Part shown: positions 27,190-38,797 of the stretch, in pieces
How positions within the stretch are numbered: position 1 is the first letter of the stretch
Layout of the letters: every line of letters begins with the position of its first letter
Origin: a virus
Virus record (IMG/VR): IMGVR_UViG_3300033889_000069
Span: 33,591 to 97,590 of that record
Reading direction: 5' to 3' (one strand)
DNA: 64,000 nt
Position numbers and translations under genes: made by a program
The notes under the pieces: model-generated
Told to the model about the DNA's origin: nothing
What the model saw: only the letters and a program-made list of their open reading frames with translations
Database searches by the model: none

Positions 27190-27968
27190 AAGCTAGACGC
27201 CTACCCGATAGGACGGGCAGCGAGGCCTGGGAAGCCGAACGCCGATCCAGTCTAGCGCGTTCCTTTATAAAGCGATAGAGTTCGATACCAGCCTCCCTAA
27301 AGTAGCAGACGAGTCTAGTCTAAGGCGCGGAGGTCAGAGAAGCCCGATACCCCCAGGGAAGGGAGTAGCTCCCTGACGTAACGTTAGTAAGGCGCGGGTA
27401 GCCGATAACCAGCTATAGCGTAGCGCAGTAAGACTCTAGTAGCGGCGGAGAGAACTAGCTCAGGGTAAGAGCGAACGAATCGTCATACAGAGTAGCGGTC
27501 AACGACGGAGTAAGCGTTAATCGCGTCCAGGATTAAACCTGGTCGGGAAGCCGAAGCGTAGAACCGTCTCAGTAGATTATCTTCTCCAGTTATCCTAGAT
27601 TCAAGAAGCAACTGGGTAGACGAAGGGTCCACTGAGGCTTACCGCAAGTGCCGGAAGTGAGTAGTCCTTGGGTGAGTACAGTTCCGAATCCTGAAGAACT
27701 AACGCGATGAAATGAGCGGAGCTTAGTAAGGTGCGAAGTAGGAACTAGGAAAGGCAGGACAAGGGGCTTCATGAGCGGCTAGATAGAATGGAATTGATTA
27801 GGATACACCTAGTCACGTCGGGCTGAAGAGCAGCGCGATGACCCAACGAAGGCTGGAGAGGGTGAAATCGAAAGCTAGAGGCGAGCGGGTCTGCTGGGAG
27901 GCGACGTTAAGAAGAATCATCTGGAGAGATCATCAGTGGAGGGTAGAGCGATCTGCCCTCCACCGTTT
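27190..27968 (+). ncRNA. Large structured non-coding RNA candidate (ornate, ROOL/GOLLD-like size class)
   Basis: Own promoter; no ORF; 14-bp long-range helix 27291-27310/27889-27902; many nested stems, AGUA/GAA motifs; 3' hairpin 27936-27963. Confidence 0.7.
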
Positions 27969-28003
27969 CCCTTATCAAACAAAGCATAGCAGGAGGTAAG
28001 CCA

Positions 28004-28516
28004 ATGGCTAAGGTTCCGATAGGCGCGAACGGCGAACCGATGAGGAAGCCGATTCCGCCAAGCAAGAGAGTCTGTCCCTATTCTATAACCCACCCAACTA
28101 CCGGAAGGCTGGTTGGAGCATGCCACGAAGCGAAGATCATAGGCATCCTAACTAAGATGGAAGAGGATGAGGACATCGTAGACCTCATGAAGAGAGTGAG
28201 CAAGATCACCCTAGAGCTAGAGTGTAATTGCCCCGACTTCGGTGAGTGTAAACTTCAGGCGAAGTGCGACCAGCGTATTCGGGTGCTAAAGAACGATAGC
28301 GGCGAGGTTATAAGTAAGGAAGCGTTTCCAGTCAAGATTATCCCGACCAGCGAGTTCCCTACTCAGTGGGAGACTCAGCGAGCAATCCAGAAGCGAAGGA
28401 AGCTCAAGAAGAAAGACCCTGACTTTGTAGGCAAGGCAGCGAAGAAGAGAATCATGAGAGGGATTAAGAAGCCCAAGTCGATCAAGTTCAACGGCGAGAA
28501 AGTGTTAGTCAACTAG
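28004..28516 (+). CDS. Hypothetical basic, Cys-containing protein directly after the ncRNA
   Basis: AGGAGGT SD; 170 aa. Confidence 0.8.
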   Translation: MAKVPIGANGEPMRKPIPPSKRVCPYSITHPTTGRLVGACHEAKIIGILTKMEEDEDIVDLMKRVSKITLELECNCPDFGECKLQAKCDQRIRVLKNDSGEVISKEAFPVKIIPTSEFPTQWETQRAIQKRRKLKKKDPDFVGKAAKKRIMRGIKKPKSIKFNGEKVLVN

Positions 28517-28625
28517 AGTCCTGGTATCTCCCCTGGTTACCTCACCCCTCCCAAAAGAGGCTAACCCAGAGGTCATGACCAGGGGAGGTATGAGGACTGT
28601 AGTTGGATTGGAAAGGAGAAATCAA

Positions 28626-31600
28626 ATGGCAATTGATTTGAGCAACCTCCCTGAGCACATTCGGGGAGACATCGAGGAGTTCTGCGAAGAGAACAACCGA
28701 GAGGCTCCAAGGACAGTGGAAGAGGCTCTGGAGTTCTACCTTGGGTGGAACAGTATCTACGGGTATACCAGTCCCATTCTTACCTTGGTTGATACTCTCA
28801 GGAAGCAGGAGGGGTTCGATGCCTGAGAAGTTTGATGAGTGCCCCTTCGAGACTAACGATGTAGTCACCCTCCGGTCTATCATGAAGGCTGGAACTAAGG
28901 ACTTCAAAGCCCAGATAAACTGGGTGGAAGACCGGGGTGAGTTCTGGTATTATGGGTATACCCCAGATGACCCGATGAACGGAGCTTGGGGATGCGCACG
29001 ACAGTATAAGGACGAGACCACGAGGCAGTGGGGAACGTTCTTCGTTGAGAATCATGGGAAGAGGGCAAGGAAGACACTGCCCGACTTTCCCTGCTTGAAA
29101 GGGAACCCAGGATACGACCTGATGATGTAGGAGGGCACGATGACTTATGGGCGATTTGTTGTCCTCTACGCAGCTGGGACGAGGTTCCCTGATTGCCCGG
29201 CTAAGAGGGCATTGGTTGACGTTATCAAGCGCGAGTTCGGGACAACTGTCCCAGCAGTATTAGGAGTGAAGCTAAAGCAGATGAGGAGGAAGAAGAAGTG
29301 AGAGTGTTATTGAACTACTCAGAGAAACCCCATGCGGGGTTTGAGGGTTGGAAAGTGGTAGACAGCGGACTTACCCATCCAGCCGTCATCGCAGTAGAAA
29401 AGTCTGGTCTGCGGGCGCTCTTGATGAGCGAGTCTGTAGACTACAGTGCCTTCTTCTATGGCGAAGAGAAAGGCAATGAGGTTGAATATGACAACCTCGA
29501 AGCAGCTATCAAGTTCCAGACTGAAAGGTGTGAGACAGAACTTCTCACTGGAGTCTTCGATGGGAACAACGTCACGTTCGAGTCTACCTCGTGGCCTGAA
29601 AAGATATACCTTACTTACGACCGCGAGCGAGATGAGCTTACGCTTGATGACTACCACTGGAGGCTGATCAACCTTGATCGGAGATATGACCGGGGTGGTC
29701 CTGAGGCGTTCAACGCTTACGAGACTGGCCTTGAGTTCCCTGCGGTAGTCGGATTGAGCTTCTCTTCCATCGAGCCAAGGACAGTAACTCTTTGGCCGAC
29801 AAGAGAAGACTATGAGCGTGACCCTGACCCCAGGAACTTCCTGAATACCTGTCAGTCTACAGAGTTCGGCCCTGTGGGAATCCCTCTCTTGATCGACGGC
29901 AAGCTCCAGATCAAGTTTATCGCTGACGAACACTTCCCTGGTGGAGAGGAAGTCTTCTCCGTCAGGTTCACCGACCCCACTTACGAATCCTGGAGACAGG
30001 AGGATTAGTGGTTGCTCGACCAAGGCCCTTGCATGAGGAGGGCATTGGTCGGTTAATCACCGAGAAAGGAGATCAATTGGCATGATCAGAACGTTTAGAA
30101 TCAGTGAGTGCCCCTCCTGTGAGGGAGGGAAGAATGGCCTAGTCCAATGGGACCCCGAAACGGGCCAGGTCATTATTAACAACATGGAGCAAGCTGGGGA
30201 GTGGGAAGTGTCAGAGGACAATCCCCTGGTCTCTCGGTTCCATGGAGTCTGTGGGGCAGCTAATGAGGATGATGGGGAGACATGGTATTGCGAGGAACCC
30301 ATCTGCCTCGAAGTAACCAGAGACGAGGAAGGCAAGATCATCAAGCTCGACCTGGAGTGCTTCCACGACGATATGGTCTACGTCGAATACTATGAGCTGG
30401 TAGATGAGGAGACAGTTCTCCTGGCTACAAGCAAGGACCACCCACTGCTCGTCTTCAAGGATGGTGGGATGGTAAGCGAACCGAACCCTGCTGGTATCAA
30501 GCATGACCAGGAGGCGAACTGATGTATTACGGATGTGTCCGAGACAAGAAGTGCGTAGTCAGGGATAAGCAAGTTGTCCTGCTCGATGAGCGGGGAACGA
30601 AGGCTGCCCTGTATAGCGAGAAGGGCACCAAGTGCCTCATCGAAGAGATGGAGTCCATCCGAGTCCATGGCCTTCGGGTCTGGGTAGGTAAGGACAGATG
30701 GTATTGGCTGAAGAGAGGAAAGTATCCCACCATTGAGGGTTACAATTCTCTCAAGGAAGCTGAGGACGGACTCAAGAGAAGAGTCGCAGGAATCAAGCGA
30801 CCTCAGATGGAAGAGGGTTGGAGTGGAAAAGTCAGACCTCTCGAAGATGTCCCTTATGGGATGACTGCTCTCCGAGAAGGTCAGGAGTATGACGCAGAGT
30901 TCGCTCCTGAAGGCAAGTCTGGCTTCGTTGGCGGATTCCTGGTAGTCAAGGGGAATCCTGAAGTGAGCTTCCCCCTTGAGCGTTTCCCTTACATTGGGGA
31001 GAAGTTCGAGGTTGTAGATGAGGAAGCCTGAGAACCCAGTCTGCGACTTCTGTAACAAGCCGACTCCTGATGACCATGGAACGAGGACACATCTGGCTAA
31101 GCCATTTGTCCTAACTGTCATGGTCCAGGGTGCTATCGTTCCTATCAACTTTACCGAGGAATGGTTAGCTTGCCCTGAATGCGATCAGCTCATAAGGGCT
31201 GGGAAGAAGGGTGACCTGCTTGCGAGAGCACTTGAGGGAGCACCTTCTGACCCTGCCTCTGTTATCATTATCCAGGAACTCTTCTGGAAGAACAAGAAGG
31301 ATTGAGATGGAGATCAAGCATACATTGATAGTAGATGGTGAGTCAGAGACTTACAAGCTCGATGACTACCCTGCTAGTATAGTCTTCAACAAATCGAGAA
31401 GAACATTCAAGGTTGAAGTTGAAGGCGAGATTCCGAACGCAGCAGCGTATGCTCTGGGAAACATTCTTGTATTCCTTGCTCTTGAGCATGGGAGGAAGAT
31501 GTAAATGGGAGAGCCTATTGTTATCAGAGTATACAACGAGGAACTCAAGTGTCCTACCTGCGGTAACGGAGAGATGCACCCTGATGGGGATAAGCTCCTC

Positions 31601-33308
31601 ATCCGAGGCTTCAAAGTAGACAACTGGAGCCAGTGTCTAGTCTGTGCTGGTTACTACGACAAGGACTTGAACGAGACACCTGAGAACTTCGACAAGTCAA
31701 AGGGGTGGTTCCCTCCACCCTGGGAGGCAAAGAAGGATGGGAAGTGATCACAAGTATAAAGTCAACGTCTACTTCAAAGACGATGGCGGGAAAGAACCGA
31801 CTGAGTTCTATCCCATTGCGAATACTGCTCAGGAAGCAGAGTCCAAAGTCAGAGATGACTGTAAGCAAATGGGATGGACAGATATCCAGAGAGTCGAGGT
31901 GATCGAAGAATGAAGTTTGGCGTGTTCGAGTATATTGGCGACTATGCCATAGATCACCAACCTCTTTGGAACAAGAGGTTTGATACTCTTCAGGAAGCAG
32001 CTGGGGAGGCTGTCAAGCTCTACCAGCGAAGAATGACTGGCGACTTCGATGAGGGAATCGAAGCCAAGGTTTCCGATATATTTGCTGAGGGCAACGAATA
32101 CCACATAGTTGTCCAGCAGTCTAACCCTAATGACGAAGATGCGTTCGATGACCCGCCTGTTTGGGGAATCGGATGTATTCCTAACCTACAGTAGAAAGGA
32201 GGTGAGACAGATGACGAAGACAGCGCAGAAGCAAGGTCTACAGATGAAGACTCAGGCCGAGGCCAAAGAACTGGCCAGCAAGCTTGAGTTGACCGGCGAG
32301 GTCGCAGACGGATTCCTTACAGTCCGCATCCCGATCAATACCTATAAGAATGATCGGGGCAGAACCATGCTGGGAAGTAGCTTTGGCGGTTTCGTCAAGG
32401 TGGCTGGGGCAGTCAGTTCCGATAGGGATGTGATCCTCAGCTTCACCGCTGTTCAGTCTGATCGTTAAGTCATGTCCAAGGAGGGCATAAAGTGGGAAAG
32501 CAGGATGGAAGGGAGTATTGCTTAGGATGCGGAAAGGATGTCGCAGCAGGAGTAATGACCTGTTTCGACTGCATCGCTAGTGTCGCTCCTGAATTCGCAG
32601 ATAAGATACTACAAGGTGCCCAGTTCTACTACGATAGTATGAGAAAGTGGCACCGAGAGAACACTGGTAAAGTTCTTCCCGAAAGGGTATTCACTCGCAA
32701 ATAACGGTTTGCTGGGTCATAACTGAATCTCCTTTCAAGTAGACCAAGCAGAGGGGTTGGTAATAGCCGACCGACCCCTCAACTTGCTCTATTCGAGAGC
32801 AAATCAACCAAGGAGGAATCCTGCGTATGGGTGATCGAGTCCTGTTAAGCATTATCATCGTCTTCTTGATCATAGCCATGGGCTGCGGTTTGGCCTTTGG
32901 TTTGATCGCATTACTACGAAAGGTCAGAAGAAAATGGAGAGAGAGAAAGACATCAACGAGTTCGTTCGTGAACATACGGTAACGTCAGAGAAAGAAGGAG
33001 TCAAGACTTTCAGGTTCTCCCCTGGAAATGGCTCCTCCTATGGAATCTTCACTTCCAAGATAGGAAATGGATTCCTGGTTGTTAACGACCTCAATGGCCG
33101 TTCTCACAAGTTCGAGGGGAATGGCCTTCTTACTGCCGGAGAGGTATCATCTGCGCTCTACACCATGGAAGACAAGTTCGACCCTGATGAGATTCAGATC
33201 ATAACCTCTCTAATTGGATATGCTCTAGGACGGGAAACCACAATCAAGAGGTTCAACGGGACGCTGAAAGACATCGAGACTGCTCCGCCAGTCTTGGTGC
33301 CGACCTAA
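28626..33308 (+). other. Cluster of ~15 small, translationally coupled hypothetical early ORFs
   Basis: e.g. 28626-28826, 28819-29130, 29298-30008, 30082-30522, 30522-31031, 31018-31305, 31505-31747, 32211-32468, 32492-32704, 32934-33308; SD sites and stop/start overlaps; several CxxC pairs. Confidence 0.7.
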
Positions 33309-33538
33309 TGAGGCAACTAATGAATAAAGCAGAGAAGCTGCAGCTCACGATAGCCCAGGCAGAAATCGTTGTCAGGCTACTCGCTGAAGGCAAGACAGTT
33401 TCCGAAGTTGCCGAGGCTTGCGACTTACCAGTAGACAAAGTCGAAGCAGTAAGCAAGAGGCTTGATAGGGCAGAAGCAAGAGGGGTTGATAAGAACCAAG
33501 TAGCTTCTATGCTATCTGTCCTAATCAAGAAGTTATAA
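33308..33538 (+). CDS. Small HTH protein
   Basis: LLAEGKTVSEVAEACDLP HTH-like segment. Confidence 0.6.
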   Translation: MRQLMNKAEKLQLTIAQAEIVVRLLAEGKTVSEVAEACDLPVDKVEAVSKRLDRAEARGVDKNQVASMLSVLIKKL

Positions 33539-34099
33539 GGTTTGCTAGTTGCGGGGCTTATCCGAGTGCCTTGGAGAGTTTGTTATGCAGGAATGCCACC
33601 TGTTCTCCTTTCGCTCTAGGGCACTCAAATAAGCCTCGCAACAACCCCGTTCGGTTCATAGGTTTTCCTAACTCGTTTGAACCATCGGGTTTCCTGCACC
33701 TATGAACCCTACCTGGAGGAACGACTAATGAAATGTCCGAACTGTCAATCAGAGAATGTGAAAGTTACAGACTCCCATCGGGAATGTCTTGAATGCCTTC
33801 ACATATGGGAGAAGGAAGATGATGGGACAAAAGTCCAACGACGAGTCCCCAGAGTCTTCTGTCCCAACTGTCAAACCGAGATGGACCCCACAAGAAGAAC
33901 GTGCTCAGAATGTGGGACTCCACTACAATGAGTAACATTATCATTATTCCCATTGAGAGACTCCTTGACGAAAAGAGGCTCGACAAATGGGTAGCCATCA
34001 ATGCTTGGAACAGGGTCAAAGACCTTCATATATCCAAGAAGGAGAAGTGTAAATACGTTCGCCGGCATATTATGCTGGCGAGGGAAAGGAGAAAGAAAA

Positions 34100-34690
34100 A
34101 TGGCAACACAGGGCGACATAAACAATGTGGACAGAGATGAAGCCAGAGCCTTCGCTGACCCGTTTACCTCTATGCTTGAGGAACGGAGAGAAGCTGGAGT
34201 CATCAAGACATTCTACATTGCCGGTTCCTACCGGAGAGGTATCCAGTATATCAATGACATGGATATCATTGTCGTAACTGAGCAGGCTGAGAGCGAGTGG
34301 GGAGCAATCCTCAAGAATCTCAGTTCTTTCGATGGCGTTAAGAGGGTGGCTAGTATTGGAGACAAGAAAGCTACCGTCATTCTTGACTGCGGCCTTCAGG
34401 TCGATCTTCTCATGGCTAAGCCTGAGGAGGAAGGCACCATGCTCCTCTACTTCACAGGTTCCCCGTTCTTCAATATCGCTCTCAGGAGTAAGGCGAAGAA
34501 ACTGGGCCTGAAGCTCAATGAGAGAGGGCTTTATGACGAGGCAGACCAGCTTTGCATTAGTGCCAATACAGAATCGGTCGTGCTGGCTCGGCTGGGGCTG
34601 GAGTATATACCGGCTAGTGAGCGGTCGGTCGATCACTCTGATTGGTCCACAGCGAATAGGCTGTTCGCTCGTTACAAACTCAAGGAATAG
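34100..34690 (+). CDS. Minimal X-family DNA polymerase (palm+thumb only)
   Basis: IAGSYRRG, DMDII, QVDL, YFTGS..FN..LR..AKK.GLKLNE.GL. Confidence 0.88.
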   Translation: MATQGDINNVDRDEARAFADPFTSMLEERREAGVIKTFYIAGSYRRGIQYINDMDIIVVTEQAESEWGAILKNLSSFDGVKRVASIGDKKATVILDCGLQVDLLMAKPEEEGTMLLYFTGSPFFNIALRSKAKKLGLKLNERGLYDEADQLCISANTESVVLARLGLEYIPASERSVDHSDWSTANRLFARYKLKE

Positions 34691-34709
34691 TTGAGGAAAG
34701 GAGGAACCT

Positions 34710-34949
34710 ATGCCAGAACTTGTCAACGTTCAAGACATACCCCGCCAGAAAGTAGAGTCTTCAAATGTGGCGGAAGTTGGCTACGATGCTGACTCCGAGA
34801 CATTGGTAGTGCTCTTCCACAACGGTGGGATGTATGCCTATGACGGCGTTCCTGCTACCACCTTCGATCAGATGGTTGGAGCAGAAAGCGTCGGCAAGTT
34901 CTTCAACACGAATGTGAAGGGGAAGTATGACTTCAGAAAGGTATCCTGA
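34710..34949 (+). CDS. KTSC domain protein
   Basis: VESSNVAEVGYD...L.V.F..G..Y.Y.GVP......AESVGKFFN. Confidence 0.92.
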   Translation: MPELVNVQDIPRQKVESSNVAEVGYDADSETLVVLFHNGGMYAYDGVPATTFDQMVGAESVGKFFNTNVKGKYDFRKVS

Positions 34950-34951
34950 GC

Positions 34952-35209
34952 ATGACGTTGTTGGAGACACAAGCAATCAAGGAAGTAGGGGCCAAGTGTC
35001 CTGACTGCTCCGAACCAGAAGTCAAAGCCCAAGTCCACTCCCTCTATGACAGTATTTTTGCCCAGATTAAGGACTCAGAACGAGTCATGTCTAACGACGA
35101 TAGGGACAAGCTGATCATCGAGGAAATGGAATCTCAGGCAATGACAACTGAGGAGTATCCAGACACTTACAAGTGGCTCAAGGAGTGCTTCTTAGGAAGA
35201 ACTCTGTAG
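34952..35209 (+). CDS. Hypothetical protein
   Basis: ORF in operon context. Confidence 0.6.
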   Translation: MTLLETQAIKEVGAKCPDCSEPEVKAQVHSLYDSIFAQIKDSERVMSNDDRDKLIIEEMESQAMTTEEYPDTYKWLKECFLGRTL

Positions 35210-35218
35210 ACAAGGTAG

Positions 35219-35584
35219 GTGGTGTCATTGGACATTGCGGAAATCCTCGAAGACATCGAGGGCAGCAATGGTCAGATCAAGATATCACCGAAGGTCTTCA
35301 TCCAGATTGAGGTGTTTTGGCCAAAAGATGAGCATGGTAAACCAGTCTCTGACGAGCAGATGTTTCCTATCATCAGGAAGAAGCATCTCAAGAAGATGAT
35401 ACCGATTGGTTATGTCAATGCGGCCAATGGCTTTGCAGCCGTTGCTTCTTGCCCAGGGTATTGGATAATCGTTAAAGACGGTTGCCGACTCTGGAAGATC
35501 AAGATGGGCAAAACCGTAGATGAGTTCGACAAGAACCTGGAGAAAATCAAAGAATGGAAGGGTGCCACCCAGATATTCCTCTAA
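35219..35584 (+). CDS. Hypothetical protein
   Basis: ORF in operon context. Confidence 0.6.
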   Translation: MVSLDIAEILEDIEGSNGQIKISPKVFIQIEVFWPKDEHGKPVSDEQMFPIIRKKHLKKMIPIGYVNAANGFAAVASCPGYWIIVKDGCRLWKIKMGKTVDEFDKNLEKIKEWKGATQIFL

Positions 35585-35614
35585 TTCTGGATTATTTGAA
35601 AGGTCAATCGGGCT

Positions 35615-35762
35615 TTCTGGTGATGCTTTAGAGCAGCGTATATAGCTATGAAGCCAAAGGTCGAGCCACGAGAGTGGCATTCGGGAGATGCTATGCTACC
35701 CAGCAAATCTCCGATCAAACCCAAAGAGTGCCTAGATGGCACAAGCTTCAAAATCACTAGAA
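35615..35762 (+). ncRNA. Structured 5' leader / cis-regulatory RNA candidate
   Basis: Closing helix TTCTGGTGAT/ATCACTAGAA enclosing TGAAGC/GCTTCA and three hairpins; ends at the RBS of 35777. Confidence 0.5.
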
Positions 35763-35776
35763 CAGGAGACATTCTA

Positions 35777-36688
35777 ATGCAAGTAAGTATTGATCTGAAT
35801 GGCGAACGGAAGTATGATGGCGGTTACGACATAATCGCCATGGCAGCCGCTCTTGGTTGCACTGTCGAGAAGTGCGAGAACGTGACTGGCGAGATCGCAG
35901 TTACCGTCGAAGCCCGCGAGAACGAGCACGTTGCCGCAGCGAAGATGATGAACTACGGTCACGTGGCCATGCTGGAGAAGCAGGGCGTGAAGACGGACAT
36001 CGACTTCGCCGCGATGCGCAAGCAGCTCATTGAGAAGCCTGCAGAGGTCAAGGGACCGTGGCAGTTGGTCTTCACCGACTCTGACTCCGCTCTGTTCTTC
36101 ATCTCCGCCATCCGCCACACCGACCTTTTGAACCAGCCGAAGTGGCAGGTTTGGATGCTGCCGGACGAGGTCAAGGAAGGCGAAGAGAGCCACGACAAGG
36201 ACCAGTTCGTGAAGCACTGGTTCAGCCGCATCGCTCGCAACTATCTCGCTCAGTTGACCGGAACCAGCCCGGACTCCGATGCCTGCAAGGTTCTGGAGGC
36301 CATTCGCCAGAGAATCGGCAAATCGCTGGATATCATCAAGACCAGCCGGACCCGCATCTCTGACGAGACCAAGCGCGAGCGCATGATCGAGAAGATCAAG
36401 GACGAGGACAAGACCCTGGTCCCTGAGGCGTTCGAGCAGTTGAAGAGTGGCGAGATCGACATCAAGGCGTTCCGCGCCGCTGTTCGGGATAAGAAGAAGG
36501 AAACCGCTGCTGCCGAGCGCGCTGCGAAGAAGGCAGCTTCCGGTAAGGCCAGCAAGAGCGGTGGAGCCGCAACCAAGAAGCTCGATGAGGCTTCCCAGGA
36601 TAAGATCGCCAAGGCCCAGGCTGAGATCGCTGCGAAGCGACAGGCCAAGGAAGGTGGCGAGGCTGCTGCTCCGGCAACCGAGGGCTAG
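35777..36688 (+). CDS. Hypothetical, probably highly expressed protein with Lys/Ala-rich C-terminus
   Basis: AGGAG SD before ATG 35777; strongly biased codon use. Confidence 0.8.
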   Translation: MQVSIDLNGERKYDGGYDIIAMAAALGCTVEKCENVTGEIAVTVEARENEHVAAAKMMNYGHVAMLEKQGVKTDIDFAAMRKQLIEKPAEVKGPWQLVFTDSDSALFFISAIRHTDLLNQPKWQVWMLPDEVKEGEESHDKDQFVKHWFSRIARNYLAQLTGTSPDSDACKVLEAIRQRIGKSLDIIKTSRTRISDETKRERMIEKIKDEDKTLVPEAFEQLKSGEIDIKAFRAAVRDKKKETAAAERAAKKAASGKASKSGGAATKKLDEASQDKIAKAQAEIAAKRQAKEGGEAAAPATEG

Positions 36689-36727
36689 TTCCTCTCGTTC
36701 CGTCCGATTGGAAAGGGCTGTAACCGC

Positions 36728-36745
36728 TGAATTCACGCGATTGCA
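36728..36745 (+). repeat. 18-bp oriented motif, copy 5
   Basis: Exact match; intergenic. Confidence 0.95.
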
Positions 36746-37135
36746 GCCCTTTCATACTATAGGGTTAGCTTCGATAGCCTACCCGCATACCTCTAGTGGA
36801 TCCAGGAGTTAAGACTATGGCAAGGGCTGTATTTGTAGACAAAAGAGACATGCCACAGAAGCTCTATCCATTCCAGTTCAGAGTGACAGGAACATTTGTC
36901 CGAACTATGAATGGAGAAGAGGTTCCTATGGAACTCCACGTCGAGTTGACGAATCAAGAAGCAAGACAAGCCCAAGCCCACTCTCATCTCCAGCAGACTC
37001 TACTGGCGGTAGTTCGGGATGAAGTGCTTGTCGCAGTTAACAGAGCATTCTCTGCGGAAAGAATCCCGCAAAAGATCATAGACCAGATCGACGGCAAAGA
37101 ACCTTGCGTTGATCCACCTCAAAAGGAGTAAAGCA

Positions 37136-38182
37136 ATGTCGAATGTTGACGACATCATCAAGCGTATGAAGCTTGATAAGAAGAACTTCAGCAACCACGT
37201 TGTTGAGTTCTCTGGAATTGAGTTCCTCCGGTCCAGCGGAGTTCCCCGAATCAAGTTCACTGAGAAGACACCCATCGGCCCTGAATCCCGCATCTTCCTT
37301 CTTTCCCCTGAAGCCTACGCAGGCATCTGCTGCTACGCTAATCAGCACCTCGGAGCCAGCTTGGTCTCTGAGATTCCTGACGACTCCGTAGCAGAGCTGC
37401 TTATGAACAGCTTCCTCGCCGGGGATGAGGGACAGATACAGATCATCACTGGGACGGACAAGGACACGAAGGAACCTGTCATCACTTCGCTCGTGAGTCC
37501 TGACATCACAGTCCTTCCTGACTTGGACGTCTACGACGCCTGTATCAGCTTGGCCGAGGTCACTGGGACGAGACTGGATTCCTTCATCGAAGTGTCCACC
37601 GGGCACATCATGAGGTTCCTAACTGACAGAGAAGAGGATGTTCGCCCTGGCGTTGGCGACATCATAACCTCTGGCTTCGAGGTCTTCAACTCTCCGAAGG
37701 GTCATGCCCCTGGGTATGTCTCTTCCTTCATCAAGAGGCTGGTATGCACGAACGGCATGACCAGGAACGAGAGCAAGATAACCGCGAGGATGGTGACCAA
37801 AGACAAGGACACAATCCTGAACGGTATCCGCGATGGCATCCTGGTGGCTGTCGGCAAGTTCGAGGAAGACCTGGCGAACATCATGACCCTCGTTGGGCAG
37901 GAAGTCACTGCTCCTGAAGACATGATCAGAAGCATAGGTCAGGAGTGGGGTCTTCCCAAGAGAGATGTGGACGGCGCTATCGGCATGCTCTCTGAGGAAC
38001 CAGACATCAGCGGTTCGATGTGGGGCGTTCTCAACGCCATGACCCGCTGGGCGAACAACTCTGCGCTTCCCTGGGATTCCAGGTATAAGCTGCAGAGGAC
38101 AGCTTTCGACCTGGTTGACCGGGGAGTCGAAAGGTGCGATAGCTGCGGTTCGCTCCATGTCAGCGAAACCCACGCTCACTAA
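37136..38182 (+). CDS. DUF932-like protein
   Basis: FNS..G...RLVCTNGM and C-terminal WGVLNAMT motifs. Confidence 0.7.
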   Translation: MSNVDDIIKRMKLDKKNFSNHVVEFSGIEFLRSSGVPRIKFTEKTPIGPESRIFLLSPEAYAGICCYANQHLGASLVSEIPDDSVAELLMNSFLAGDEGQIQIITGTDKDTKEPVITSLVSPDITVLPDLDVYDACISLAEVTGTRLDSFIEVSTGHIMRFLTDREEDVRPGVGDIITSGFEVFNSPKGHAPGYVSSFIKRLVCTNGMTRNESKITARMVTKDKDTILNGIRDGILVAVGKFEEDLANIMTLVGQEVTAPEDMIRSIGQEWGLPKRDVDGAIGMLSEEPDISGSMWGVLNAMTRWANNSALPWDSRYKLQRTAFDLVDRGVERCDSCGSLHVSETHAH

Positions 38183-38797
38183 ATGGTAGGGGTCCAGTCA
38201 GAATGCGCTTGGCTGGACCCTCACCTACATCTAGGAGGAGCGATGGTAGATTGGGATTTGATTGGCCAGGTTGGACCAGGAATACCTGGTGAGGAAGATG
38301 ATGGCCCTTCCTACTACCCAAGGCGACCGAGACGCAAACAGTTCACTCGCCACTATCATCTTGATGTTGACCCAGGGGACACCGACCTCAATGAAGTAGA
38401 GAAGAAGATGTCCAAGGAAAACAGGAGAAGGCGGATGAACGACACCTGGCTTGGAGATGAGCCAGATGAAGACTTTGAGAATGAACCAGACACTGCTTGG
38501 ATATTCCCAGAAGGGACATCCTGCTTTGACTAGGAGGGAAGATGGACACACACGGACTCCATCAGCATATGGGAACCTTCCAGCGGCGAGTTGAGAAAGC
38601 CATCTTCAGCAATGGTCACTCGAATAGTGAGGATGGCCCTTTCATTGTCGATGGGAAACTGTCACTCGCATATACTTGTGACAAGTGCGACAAAGATGTA
38701 AGAACTATCATCGACTTCCGAACTGACCAGGTCACGCAGGAAGGAGATGCAGACACTACCCCATGTGGGTAGACCTAATGAGGAAAGGAGTAATCAA

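Noticed and set aside
27190..27968. Group II intron, group I intron, RNase P, tmRNA or tRNA cluster
   Set aside because: No interrupted gene, no recognisable domain V, RNase P signature or tRNA T-loop/cloverleaf by eye, and no reverse transcriptase in the window. Only a covariance-model search can exclude these formally.
35774..36736. 320-aa minus-strand ORF
   Set aside because: Antisense shadow of the codon-biased plus-strand gene 35777-36688.
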